Origin: Armatimonadota bacterium
GTDB taxonomy: Bacteria > Armatimonadota > SYMT01
Assembly: GCA_046292385.1 (NCBI GenBank)
Contig: JBKBRF010000050.1
Span: 1 to 49,502 of the forward strand
Reading direction: 5' to 3'
DNA length: 49,502 bases
Shown one piece after another: positions 1 through 8,641 of the stretch; the first letter of the stretch is position 1, and every line of letters starts with the position of its first letter. The position numbers and the translations under genes are program-made. A model generated the notes under the pieces. That model worked only from the letters and a program-made list of their open reading frames with translations. It was not told the origin of the DNA and did no database searches.

Positions 1-125
1 CTCTACGGGACGGGCTCCACTCGGTTTCCCTACAGCGCGGAGGCTCTCTAGCCGGTCTGCAATTCTCAAGCTCGTCCTGGCTCCGGGGCGTCTCCGCCGT
101 CCGGGCCATTCCCGAGCGCTCGTTA

Positions 126-155
126 ATCTTAACCAGTCCCGCTCGCCGCTGTCAA
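126..155 (-). promoter_or_regulatory. sigma70-type promoter P2 (TTGACA-N18-TAAGAT) firing toward the left edge
   Basis: Minus strand TTGACA at 155-150 and TAAGAT at 131-126. Confidence 0.7.
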
Positions 156-230
156 CCGGGAGTTTTTAACTCTCGCCTAACTTCGGGCTCGCTCCGGCTC
201 TCGCCGGGGGCCGCGGGGGCTGGCCTGCGT

Positions 231-259
231 ATCTTACTCAACGCCCCCGCGGGTGTCAA
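231..259 (-). promoter_or_regulatory. sigma70-type promoter P1 (TTGACA-N17-TAAGAT), in tandem with P2
   Basis: Minus strand TTGACA at 259-254 and TAAGAT at 236-231; hexamers identical to P2, about 105 bp apart. Confidence 0.75.
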
Positions 260-260
260 T

Positions 261-325
261 ACCCTTCCGTGAACGGCAGATCCTGCTCTTGCTCTTGCTC
301 GCTGGCGACCCTCGCTCTCCGGCAC
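261..325 (+). repeat. dispersed intergenic repeat family A, copy 1 ((CTGCTC/TTGCTC)n-GCTGGCGACCC)
   Basis: Aligns by eye with 5257-5340 and 39684-39767. Confidence 0.75.
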
Positions 326-398
326 GCCCTCGAAAGCTCGAGCCCGGACGCCGAAGTTCCGCCGCCCTTCCAGCGCGGGCACGATGGCCTGCGGGAAT

Positions 399-430
399 CC
401 GGGGGTTGCGCTGCGCTTCACCCCCGGCTA
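399..430. repeat. REP-like hairpin CCGGGGGT-N13-ACCCCCGG
   Basis: Inverted repeat downstream of the aminotransferase gene. Confidence 0.5.
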
Positions 431-516
431 ATCTCCCACGCTCCTCCGGGGCGTCGACCTGCCGCGCAGCCTTGCGCCGCGGGGTGCCGTCACTCCGTCC
501 CTCTGTCTTACGCCTC

Positions 517-1638
517 CTACGGACGTGCGAGGAGCTGCTTCAGCGCGTGAAGCAGGTAGAGCACGTTGCGCGGGCTGCTCGTCTCCCCCATCAGGCCGAT
601 GCGCCAGACCTTGCCCTTCACCGGGCCGAGGCCGCCGCCGATCTCGATCTGGTACTCGTTCAGCAGGCGCGCGCGGATGGCGGCCTCGTCGCAGCCTTCA
701 GGGACGCGGACCGTCGTGAGCGACGGCAGCCGGTAGCCTTCCTGCGCGAAGAGCTCCATGCCCATCTCCTGCAGCCCCTCCTGCAGCATCCGCGCGTTCT
801 CAGTGTGGCGGGCGATCCGCTGATCCAGCCCCTCTTCCGCGATCAACCGGAGCGACTCGTTCAGGCCGTAGATGGCGTTGACCGGCGCGGTGTGGTGGTA
901 GAGGCGCTCCCCGCTCCAGTAGCGCCGGATCATCCCGATATCGAGGTACCAGCTCTGGACCTTCGTCTTGCGCGCGTCGAACCGCTCCAGCGCGCGGGGG
1001 CCGAAGGTGACGGGCGAGAGCCCGGGCGGGCAGGAGAGGCACTTCTGGGTGCCGCTGTAGGCGAGATCGATGCCCCAGTCGTCAACCCGCACGTCGACCC
1101 CGCCCAGCGAGGTGACGCAGTCGACCAGCAGCAGCGCGTCGGCGGCGTGGGTCGCCTGGCGGATCTCATCCAGCGGCTGGAGCACCCCGGTAGAGGTCTC
1201 CGCGTGCACCACTGCCACGATCTTCGGGCTCGTCTCCCGGATGGCAGCGGCGACCGCCTCCGGATCGAGCGGACGGCCCCACTCCGCCTCCACGCGCCGC
1301 ACTTCCGCGCCGCACCGCGCCGCGACGTCGCACATCCGCTCGCCGAAGACCCCGTTCACCCCGATCACCACGCGGTCACCCGGCTCCAGGATGTTGACGA
1401 AGGTCGCCTCCATCCCCGCGCTGCCGGTGGCGGAGACCGGGAACGTGAGCGGGTTCTCCGTCCGGAATACCATCCGGAGGAGCGACATCGTCTCGTCCAT
1501 CAGCGCCAGGAACTGCGGGTCGAGGTGCCCGATGGTCCACTGCCCCATCGCCTGCAGCACGCGCGGATGCACGTTGCTCGGCCCGGGACCCATCAGCACG
1601 CGCTGCGGCGCGTTCCAGCTCGTATCGATCTCTGCCAC
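517..1638 (-). CDS. alanine-glyoxylate/serine-pyruvate aminotransferase (class V PLP)
   Basis: [30 protein letters not shown] (PLP Lys) and RIGLMG motifs. GTG start chosen for its GGAGGG SD; ATG at 1659 is an alternative. Confidence 0.9.
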   Translation of the reverse strand: MAEIDTSWNAPQRVLMGPGPSNVHPRVLQAMGQWTIGHLDPQFLALMDETMSLLRMVFRTENPLTFPVSATGSAGMEATFVNILEPGDRVVIGVNGVFGERMCDVAARCGAEVRRVEAEWGRPLDPEAVAAAIRETSPKIVAVVHAETSTGVLQPLDEIRQATHAADALLLVDCVTSLGGVDVRVDDWGIDLAYSGTQKCLSCPPGLSPVTFGPRALERFDARKTKVQSWYLDIGMIRRYWSGERLYHHTAPVNAIYGLNESLRLIAEEGLDQRIARHTENARMLQEGLQEMGMELFAQEGYRLPSLTTVRVPEGCDEAAIRARLLNEYQIEIGGGLGPVKGKVWRIGLMGETSSPRNVLYLLHALKQLLARP

Positions 1639-1797
1639 GGTCGTTTTCCCTCCGCTCATCGGTAGAGTGTAAGAAAGGGGATAGGGAGATGGGGAACGGG
1701 GATGAGGGGGATGGGCAGCCAATCGGGTTTGGCTCTCACTCCTACTCATATTCATACTCTTACTCAGTTCGGATCAGCCCCGTCGCAGAGTCCTGAC

Positions 1798-2574
1798 TTG
1801 TCCACCGCAAGACCTGCCAAACCAAAGACCCGGCTCCTGGCTGCACTGGCGGGCGTGGGGGCGCTGCTCGCGCTGGGGCTGGCGGGAGTGGGCGGGTCGC
1901 CGCACCGGGATCCGCTCTGGCCGCCGCGGGCGCGGGTCGCCTCTCCGCTCTTCGATCCGGCGCGGGCGCACGCGCTGCTGGACGACCCGATGCGGGACGG
2001 ATGGCAGCTTCCGGACCGGATTGCGGCGGCGCTGGAGCTGGCACCAGGCGCGACGGTCGCCGACCTCGGCGCCGGCTCGGGTTACCTGCTGCCGCACCTG
2101 AGCCGGGCGGTCGGCCCCACCGGCACCGTCCTGGCGGAAGAGATCCAGCCGGAGTACCTGCCGGCGCTGCGGAAGCACGCGGAGCGGCTCGGCAACGTGC
2201 GGGTGGTGCTCGGCACCGCGGACGATCCCCGCCTGCCGGAAGGCTCCGTCGACTGCTTCACCCTGCTCACCGTCTACCACGAGGTGGAGCGCCCGGTCCC
2301 GTTCCTGAAGGCGCTGCGCCGCGCGGCGCGCCCCGGCGCCCGCCTGGCGATCGTCGACTTCGACGCCGGCCGCGACGGCTACCCTCCCGCGCCGCCCGGC
2401 CACGAGATCGCAGAGCGCGACGTGCTGATCGAAGCCCGCGCCGCCGGCTGGGAGCTGGAGCGCCGCCACGAGCTCTTCACCAGCCAGTTCTTTCTCGTCT
2501 TCAAGATGAAAGATGAGAGAAGAGAGATGAGAGAGGAAAGACCTGGTGCGTTGGCGTGGCAGGTTGGTGGCTGA
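1798..2574 (+). CDS. class I SAM-dependent methyltransferase with N-terminal hydrophobic segment
   Basis: VADLGAGSGY motif I, VGPTGTV, YHE and PGARLAIVDF. Start uncertain (TTG 1798). Confidence 0.8.
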   Translation: MSTARPAKPKTRLLAALAGVGALLALGLAGVGGSPHRDPLWPPRARVASPLFDPARAHALLDDPMRDGWQLPDRIAAALELAPGATVADLGAGSGYLLPHLSRAVGPTGTVLAEEIQPEYLPALRKHAERLGNVRVVLGTADDPRLPEGSVDCFTLLTVYHEVERPVPFLKALRRAARPGARLAIVDFDAGRDGYPPAPPGHEIAERDVLIEARAAGWELERRHELFTSQFFLVFKMKDERREMREERPGALAWQVGG

Positions 2575-2609
2575 CTGCCCTATACTCCTCCTAGCAACAG
2601 GAGCATGGC

Positions 2610-3116
2610 ATGCACTGGAAGGAAGCGCTGCTCGTGGGATGCCAGGCGATATTGTTCATCGTCTGTGCCGGAATAGCGTGGCGTATTCCACGTGGAAGGC
2701 TCGCCGCGGCGGCTCTGCTGCTGGCGGAGGCGGTGGGAGCCAGCCTTTATCTGGGCGGCCTGATTCCTGATCCTGCCGCCAGGCGCGTCACTGCACTCCT
2801 CTGCGTTGCGGCGCTCCTCTATCTCGCCTGGCTGGCAGCCGGCGAGAGCCACGCGATGCGGGCGGCTGATCACGAAACCTCTGCCGTGCTCGGGAGAATC
2901 CACACGCGGGTGGAGCGTACACTCAACGCTCTGACAGCTCAAACCGTTCCAGTGGACGCGACCGCCGGGCTGCCGCCGAGAGAAGTGCCGGACGATTGGG
3001 ACGAGCTCTTCTCAACGCTGGACATGAGTGGCCGGCACGTCTCGAATCTGCTATGGATTGGCCTCGCCTGCCTCTCCGTTACCGCACTACTGCTGCTGCT
3101 GCGTTTCACCCGCTGA
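2610..3116 (+). CDS. hypothetical membrane protein (about 4 TM segments)
   Basis: AGGAG SD upstream; several hydrophobic stretches. Confidence 0.6.
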   Translation: MHWKEALLVGCQAILFIVCAGIAWRIPRGRLAAAALLLAEAVGASLYLGGLIPDPAARRVTALLCVAALLYLAWLAAGESHAMRAADHETSAVLGRIHTRVERTLNALTAQTVPVDATAGLPPREVPDDWDELFSTLDMSGRHVSNLLWIGLACLSVTALLLLLRFTR

Positions 3117-3446
3117 AAGCTCCGAGCTTCCATAGCGGCGAGCTACCGCGATGCTTTCTCGCCTTTTCCAGAAGCCACCCCTACGGAGAGCGGGCCGGAA
3201 ACGGCGGTATCGGTCGCCCTCGTCACCGGCCGTGTCACCGCCGGCGAGTGGGGCAGTGAAACCCGGGCGTTCTTCGATTCCATCGGCCCCGCGGTCGACG
3301 CAGCCCTCGACCTGGCGCGGACTCTCAACCCCGGAGAGATCGCGCTGGACGAAAACACCCGACGGGCCCTGACGGAGCAGGGCTCGGTTGCGCTAGATGA
3401 CACCCGCCTCTCGGGGCCGCGAGGGAATGAATTCCCTCGCTCGTAG
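3117..3446 (+). pseudogene. degenerate class III nucleotidyl-cyclase C-terminal fragment, in frame after the TGA of 2610-3116
   Basis: Own translation VSVALVTGRVTAGEWGSETRAFFDSIGPAVDAALDLARTLNPGEIALDENT resembles the cyclase GxHxGxVxAG...GDxVNxAxRL...PGxIxVSExT pattern. No ATG/GTG/TTG start. Confidence 0.45.
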
Positions 3447-3542
3447 GCCTGCGGCCACGCGTCCTTCGGACGCCCGAACCAAGCTCATCTGAGTCCCCGG
3501 AGGGGGACTTCGTGCCGTTGTTGCTGCGGTTTCAACCGCCCG
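3412..3542 (+). repeat. REP/BIME-like composite repeat family B, copy 1
   Basis: Palindrome GCGAGGGAA..TTCCCTCGC, hairpin GCGTCC-TTC-GGACGC, then AGTCCCC-GGA-GGGGGACTTCGTGCCG...GCGGTTTCAACCGCC. Shared with 5452-5513 and 9321-9410. Confidence 0.75.
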
Positions 3543-3612
3543 AATCCCCCCAATGGCCGCCACCTTTTGCCACCTCTCCGGCCGGTCTCACCGCCGCTTC
3601 TCCGGGTAAATG

Positions 3613-3626
3613 CAAACTGATGTTTG
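3613..3626. promoter_or_regulatory. candidate LexA (SOS) box CAAAC-TGAT-GTTTG
   Basis: Perfectly palindromic variant of CGAAC-N4-GTTCG, overlapping TTGACA (3624-3629) upstream of imuB. Confidence 0.5.
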
Positions 3627-3662
3627 ACAGAGCGCTTGCCGGAGTCATCACCCTCATGATAG

Positions 3663-3676
3663 CAAACACATGTTCG
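3663..3676. promoter_or_regulatory. LexA (SOS) box CAAAC-ACAT-GTTCG
   Basis: One mismatch to Gram-positive/Chloroflexi-type CGAAC-N4-GTTCG; 40 bp upstream of imuB. Confidence 0.75.
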
Positions 3677-3716
3677 ATTTCTTGAGGGGCAGGCCGGCAA
3701 GCGGGGGTCAGGGCGG

Positions 3717-4994
3717 ATGGCTTATCGCGCGGCGGCGGAGACGCTGGTCGGATGTATTCGGATTCCCCAGTTCGGGGTGCAGGTAGAGCGGTGGCGGCGG
3801 CCGGAGCTGGCAGGGCAGCCGCTGGCGCTGGTGACGGCGGCGCGGCAGCCGGTGGTGGCCGCCTGCTCGCCGGAGGCGGAGGCGGAGGGGGTGCGACTCG
3901 GGATGCCGCTGCGGCAAGTGCTGGGGGTCAGCACCCGGATCCTGCTGCTGACGGCGGACGCGCACCGGTACGAGCAGGTCTTCGCGGCGGTGCTGGCGGG
4001 GCTGGAGCTGGTGAGCCCGGTGGTGGAGCCGGGGCCGGCCGGGCTGGCGTACGCGGGGCTGGAGGGGCTGCTGCCGGAGCCGGGAGCCCGTGGGGCGCGG
4101 CGGACCGCCGCGCTCTACCGGCAGCCGGAGGAGCTGGTGCAGGCGCTGGAGGCGGCGGTCTGCCTGCCGCTGGAGACGCGGATCGGCATCGGGCGGGGGA
4201 AGTTCGTGGCGTGGGCGGCCGCCTCCCTGGAGGCGGAGGGGCACGTGGAAGCGGACGGGCCGGAGGTCCGGAGCTGCTGGGTGCCGGACGACCGCCGGGA
4301 AGAGCTGCTGCGCCCGCTGCCGGTGGAGCTGCTGCCGGTGAGCGAGGGCATGCGGCGCCGGCTGGCGGCGTTCGGGATCCAGACGCTGGGCAAGCTGGCG
4401 GCGCTGCCGCTCTCCGCGGTGCTGGCGCAGTTCGGCCCGGAGGGGCGCCGGGCCTGGCACCTGGCGCGCGGGAGGGACGACGACCCGCTGCACCCGCGGG
4501 ACGCGGTGCTGGAGATCGCGGAGACGCTGCGGTTCCCCTCCCCGGAGGCGATGCTCGACGCGCTGCTGGCGGCGGTGCGGGAGCTGCTGGAGCGGGCGCT
4601 GCGGCGGCCGGAGCGGCGGGGCGGCGGGGTGCGGCAGATCCGGCTCGACGCGCGGCTGGAGAGCGGCCTGGTCTGGACGCAGACCACCACCATCCGCCGG
4701 CCCAGCGGGGAGCCCGCGCTCCTCTTTCCGCCGCTGCGCTACCACCTGGAGCGGGAGCACCCGCCGGAGGCCGCGGAAGAGCTCACCCTGGTGCTGACCG
4801 CCTTCACGCAGTCCCTGGGCGGGCAGAGGTCGCTCTTCCCGGAGCCGCACCAGGAGCGCCGGGAGCGGCTGGCGGAAGAGCTGCGCCAGCTCCGCACCCG
4901 CATGGGCGAGCAGCCGGTCTGCCGGGTATTGGAGCTCGAGCCCTGGTCGCGCCTGCCGGAGCGCCGCTTCGGGCTGATACGCTACGACCCCTGA
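3717..4994 (+). CDS. imuB: ImuB-like catalytically inactive Y-family DNA polymerase
   Basis: Y-family motifs (GVRLGMPL, SPVVE, RIGIGRGKFVA, LRPLPV, FGIQTLGKLA). Catalytic acidic residues are replaced (CIRIPQF for DMDAF; PAGLAY for SIDEAY). Confidence 0.85.
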   Translation: MAYRAAAETLVGCIRIPQFGVQVERWRRPELAGQPLALVTAARQPVVAACSPEAEAEGVRLGMPLRQVLGVSTRILLLTADAHRYEQVFAAVLAGLELVSPVVEPGPAGLAYAGLEGLLPEPGARGARRTAALYRQPEELVQALEAAVCLPLETRIGIGRGKFVAWAAASLEAEGHVEADGPEVRSCWVPDDRREELLRPLPVELLPVSEGMRRRLAAFGIQTLGKLAALPLSAVLAQFGPEGRRAWHLARGRDDDPLHPRDAVLEIAETLRFPSPEAMLDALLAAVRELLERALRRPERRGGGVRQIRLDARLESGLVWTQTTTIRRPSGEPALLFPPLRYHLEREHPPEAAEELTLVLTAFTQSLGGQRSLFPEPHQERRERLAEELRQLRTRMGEQPVCRVLELEPWSRLPERRFGLIRYDP

Positions 4995-5224
4995 ACGCGC
5001 CGCAGCCGGTGCGGGTGGAGACGGGAAAGGAGGGCGCGCCCCGCGTGGTGACCGCCGGCACGCGCCAGGCGGTGGTCCGCGTGCACGACGAGTGGCGCGT
5101 GGAGGACGAGTGGTGGCGCCAGCCGATCTCCCGCCGCTACTTCCGCGTTACGCTGGAAGACGGCCGCTGCCTCACCCTCTTTCACGACACCCTCGTCCGG
5201 CGCTGGTACCGGCAGCACTATTGA
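4943..5224 (+). CDS. small ImuB-associated protein (DUF6504-like)
   Basis: WRVEDEWW...RRYFRV...LFHD...W motif; overlaps the imuB 3' end. Start uncertain (CTG 4943 or GTG 5009). Confidence 0.7.
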   Translation: MVAPAGAPLRADTLRPLNAPQPVRVETGKEGAPRVVTAGTRQAVVRVHDEWRVEDEWWRQPISRRYFRVTLEDGRCLTLFHDTLVRRWYRQHY

Positions 5225-5254
5225 AAGGCAAAAGGCTGAAGGCTAAAGGCAAAA
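5224..5254 (+). repeat. short tandem heptamer repeat (AAAGGC[AT])n
   Basis: aaaggca aaaggct gaaggct aaaggca aaag directly after the stop codon. Confidence 0.7.
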
Positions 5255-5256
5255 GT

Positions 5257-5340
5257 CCGAACCCTTCGGAAGCGGGAAGTCCTGCTCCTGCTCTTACTCC
5301 TGCTCCTGCTCGCTGGCGACCCTCGTGTTCCGGCGTGTCC
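5257..5340 (+). repeat. dispersed repeat family A, copy 2
   Basis: CCGAACCCT...CCTGCTCCTGCTCTTACTCCTGCTCCTGCTCGCTGGCGACCC...CCGGCGTGTCC. Confidence 0.75.
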
Positions 5341-5451
5341 TCGTTGAGCGCAGCCCCAACCGGGCGCGGCGGGTTCCTACAGCAATGAGAGATGACAGAT
5401 GAATCCGAACCGGTCTCGACCGGTAAGCGGCATCGCGTCCGCGGCAACTGA

Positions 5452-5513
5452 GCGTCCGGAGGACGCGTGGCCGCAGGCCGTCCAGCGAGGTATTTCAATG
5501 CGTCGCGGCCCCG
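5452..5513 (-). repeat. repeat family B, inverted copy of 3412-3473
   Basis: 53/62 identity to 3412-3473 by manual alignment of the reverse complement. Confidence 0.8.
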
Positions 5514-5528
5514 CGGGCTCCCGCAGCA

Positions 5529-5846
5529 CTACCGCTCCAATCGACCCTGCACATCGTTCGCGATCCGTTCGAGAGCGAGGAGAAGGTTCTCGCGGCTGAA
5601 CATGTTTCCGTGGAAAGAGCCGCGATTCGTCGGGCCGAACAGCTCTTCGCCGTCGCGGTCGACGGTCAGCTCCATGTCGCCGTAGTGGATGCGAATGCGG
5701 GATGCGGCGGAAGCGTAGGTCAGCTCGAAGCCGCCCTTGAACGACTCCGGCCAGTGCTGCCGCTCGCCCGCCAGCGTAAAGCCATGCTCCGCCAGGAAGC
5801 CGAACGCGCGCTTCGTCTCCGCCGCCAGCTCATCCACGCTCGCCAC
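5529..5846 (-). CDS. hypothetical protein (105 aa)
   Basis: Protein-like composition; starts 3 bp after the ABC gene stop on the same strand. Confidence 0.65.
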   Translation of the reverse strand: MASVDELAAETKRAFGFLAEHGFTLAGERQHWPESFKGGFELTYASAASRIRIHYGDMELTVDRDGEELFGPTNRGSFHGNMFSRENLLLALERIANDVQGRLER

Positions 5847-5849
5847 CGG

Positions 5850-7613
5850 CTACCCTCTTCCTACCGCGGCTTCGGTCTCCGCGAGGCTGCCGGCCAGGTG
5901 GCCCATCTGCATGCGGTACATCTCCGCGTAGAGGCCGCCCCGCGCCAGCAGCTCCTCATGGCGACCCTCCTCCGCCACGCGGCCCTGGTCCAGCACCACG
6001 ATCCGGTCGGCGCCGCGGACGATCGAGAGGCGGTGGCTGATGATCAGGGTGGTGCGGTTCTGCATCAGCCGCTCCAGCGCCTGCTGGATGATCCACTCCG
6101 ACTCCGGCTCCACGGCCGAGGTCGCCTCGTCCAGGATCAGAATCTCCGGGTCGGCCAGGAAGGCGCGGGCGATGCTGATGCGCTGCCGCTGCCCGCCGGA
6201 GAGCTTCACCCCCCGCTCGCCGATCTCCGTCTCCCAGCCGTTCGGCAGCCCCTCGATGAACGAGAGCGCGTTCGCGGCGGCGGCGGCCGCGCGGGCTTCC
6301 TCCAGGGTCGCGTCCGGGCGGGCGTAGCGGACATTCTCCAGCACGGTGCCGCTGAAGAGGAACGTCTCCTGCAGCACCATCGCCACGTGGCGGCGCAGGC
6401 TGGCGCCGGTCACCTCGCGCACGTCGACGCCGTCCACCCGCACGCTGCCTTCCTGCGGGTCCCAGAAGCGCGGGATCAGGTTCACCAGCGTGCTCTTGCC
6501 GGCGCCGCTGGTGCCGACCAGCGCGACCGCTTCGCCGGGGCGCACGTCGAGATCGATGCCGCGCAGCACCGGGCGGTCCTTGTAGGAGAAGTGGACGTTC
6601 TCCAGCGTCACCCGGCCGCGCACCTGGGTCAGCGCCCGCGCGTCCGGCGCGTCCTGGATGGTGACCTCCTGGTCCAGGATCTCGAAGACGCGCCCGCCCG
6701 CCGCGACGCCGCGCTGGATCAGGTCGTTGATCTGCGCCAGAGAGGAGATCGGGGAGTAGAGCTGCCACCAGTAGCCGCGGTAGGCGACCAGCCCGCCCAC
6801 GGTGAAGCGCCCTTCCAGCACCAGCAGCGCGCCGAAGCCGATGGCGATGACGTTGCTGATGAAGCCGACGAACTGCGACAGCGGGAAGAAGCGGGTCCGC
6901 AGGTTGACGGCCCGGAACTGCTCTTCGCGGTACTGCTCGGTCGTGCGCCGGAAGCGCTCCGCCTCGTTCTCCTCCTTGGCGAACGCCTTCACCACCATGA
7001 TGCCGGAGAGGTTCTCCTGCAGGCGCGCGCTCACGTCGCCCAGGCGGTCGCGGGCGCTGCGGTAGAGCCGCTTCACGCGGGTGTTGAAGATCCGCACGCA
7101 AACCGCCACCACCAGGATCGGCAGGATCGTGAGCGAGCCGAGCAGCGGGCTCAGGATCAGCAGGGAGACGATGACGATCAGGAAGCTGTAGGCGTTGGAG
7201 AGGATCGACTCGGTCCCGTTGATCACCACCTGCTGCAGCACGTCGACGTCGCCGATCGCCCGGCTCACCAGGTCGCCGGTGCGGTGCTCCTGCAGGTACT
7301 GAAGCGACTGTCCCTGCAGCTTGCGGTAGACCTCGTTGCGGAGGTCTTGCACGAAGAGCTGTCCCGCCTTCTCCAGCAGGTTGTTCCGGATCGCCCCCAG
7401 GATGGCGCCCATCCCATGCGCCGTCACCATCACCGCCAGCGCCGGCGCCAGCAGGTCCGGCCGCCGCCGCGTCACCACCTCGTCCACGATGTACTTCCAG
7501 ACCCACGGGTGCAGCAGGGAGAGCGGCGTCGCGAACAGCATGCAGACGAGGCCGAGAATCACCATGCCGCGGTACGGGCGCAGGTAGCGGAGAATGCGGA
7601 GATAGACGTCCAT
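5850..7613 (-). CDS. ABC exporter, fused TMD-NBD (MsbA/ABCB-like)
   Basis: Walker A GTSGAGKS, signature LSGGQRQR, Walker B ILILDEATS, SHRL; N-terminal membrane domain; ATG at 7613. Confidence 0.95.
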   Translation of the reverse strand: MDVYLRILRYLRPYRGMVILGLVCMLFATPLSLLHPWVWKYIVDEVVTRRRPDLLAPALAVMVTAHGMGAILGAIRNNLLEKAGQLFVQDLRNEVYRKLQGQSLQYLQEHRTGDLVSRAIGDVDVLQQVVINGTESILSNAYSFLIVIVSLLILSPLLGSLTILPILVVAVCVRIFNTRVKRLYRSARDRLGDVSARLQENLSGIMVVKAFAKEENEAERFRRTTEQYREEQFRAVNLRTRFFPLSQFVGFISNVIAIGFGALLVLEGRFTVGGLVAYRGYWWQLYSPISSLAQINDLIQRGVAAGGRVFEILDQEVTIQDAPDARALTQVRGRVTLENVHFSYKDRPVLRGIDLDVRPGEAVALVGTSGAGKSTLVNLIPRFWDPQEGSVRVDGVDVREVTGASLRRHVAMVLQETFLFSGTVLENVRYARPDATLEEARAAAAAANALSFIEGLPNGWETEIGERGVKLSGGQRQRISIARAFLADPEILILDEATSAVEPESEWIIQQALERLMQNRTTLIISHRLSIVRGADRIVVLDQGRVAEEGRHEELLARGGLYAEMYRMQMGHLAGSLAETEAAVGRG

Positions 7614-7677
7614 TCTGCTACATCTTACCTGCGGACCGGGGGAAGCGGCCTCCCGGGCGGGGATTGCGGAGGGAGCG

Positions 7678-8490
7678 ATGGCGGAAGCGGAGTACGTGCT
7701 CGGCACGCACGATGAGGAGCGGGACCGGCTGGGGCTGCAGCACCGGCTCTGGAGCGGCCCCGCGTTCGCGCTCTGGGAGCGGGCAGGAATCGCGCCGGGA
7801 CAGCGGGTGCTCGACCTCGGCTGCGGCCCCGGGTTCACCACCTTCGACCTCGCCGGAGTGGTCGGCCCCACCGGACGGGTGTTCGGTGTCGACGTCTCGG
7901 AGCGGTTCGTCGGCTACCTGCGGGAGCGGGCGCGCCGGCTGGAGCTGACGCACGTCGACGCGGCGGTCGGCGACGTCCAGCAGCTCGAGCTGGCGGAGGC
8001 TTCCTTCGATGCCGCCTACCAGCGGTGGGTGCTCTGCTTCGTTCCCGACCCGGAAGCGGTGATCGCCGCGGCGGCGCGCGCCCTGCGGCCGGGCGGCGTC
8101 TTCGCCATCCAGGAGTACCTCCACTACCGCGGCATCCTTCTGGCACCGGGGAGCGCCGCTTTCCGGCGGGTGGTGGAAGTGGTGGACGGAAGCTGGCGCG
8201 CGCGGGGCGGCGACCCGGACGTGGGCCGGCGGCTGCCGGAGCTGCTGCTGCGCCGCGGGTTCGCGGTGGAGGAAGTGCGGCACCTGGTGCGCACCGCCCG
8301 CCCGGAGGCCCCGCTCTGGCAGTGGCCCGCCACCTTCTTCCGCACCAACCTGCCGCTGCTGGTCGCCTCCGGCCAGCTCACCGCGGAGAAGGCGGAGGCG
8401 TTCCACACGGACTGGCAGGCCCACACGGAGAATCCCGGCGCCTTCTTCTGCAGCCCGCCGATGGTGGAGATCATCGCCCGGAAGCGCTAA
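7678..8490 (+). CDS. class I SAM-dependent methyltransferase
   Basis: VLDLGCGPG, FGVDVS, FDAAYQRWVL and LRPGG motifs; GGAGGGAG SD. Confidence 0.92.
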   Translation: MAEAEYVLGTHDEERDRLGLQHRLWSGPAFALWERAGIAPGQRVLDLGCGPGFTTFDLAGVVGPTGRVFGVDVSERFVGYLRERARRLELTHVDAAVGDVQQLELAEASFDAAYQRWVLCFVPDPEAVIAAAARALRPGGVFAIQEYLHYRGILLAPGSAAFRRVVEVVDGSWRARGGDPDVGRRLPELLLRRGFAVEEVRHLVRTARPEAPLWQWPATFFRTNLPLLVASGQLTAEKAEAFHTDWQAHTENPGAFFCSPPMVEIIARKR

Positions 8491-8641
8491 ATCAGCGGGG
8501 CAGGAGGACGACCGGCGGTCGAGTCCTCCGGCGAGATTTCCCTGGCGGGGAAGCGGTGGCAAGTGTCACACGCTGTAAGATTGGTGCACCCGGGGCGCAG
8601 CGTAGGTTCTGCCGGTGAGGACGAGCGGCCCCTCACGTGCC

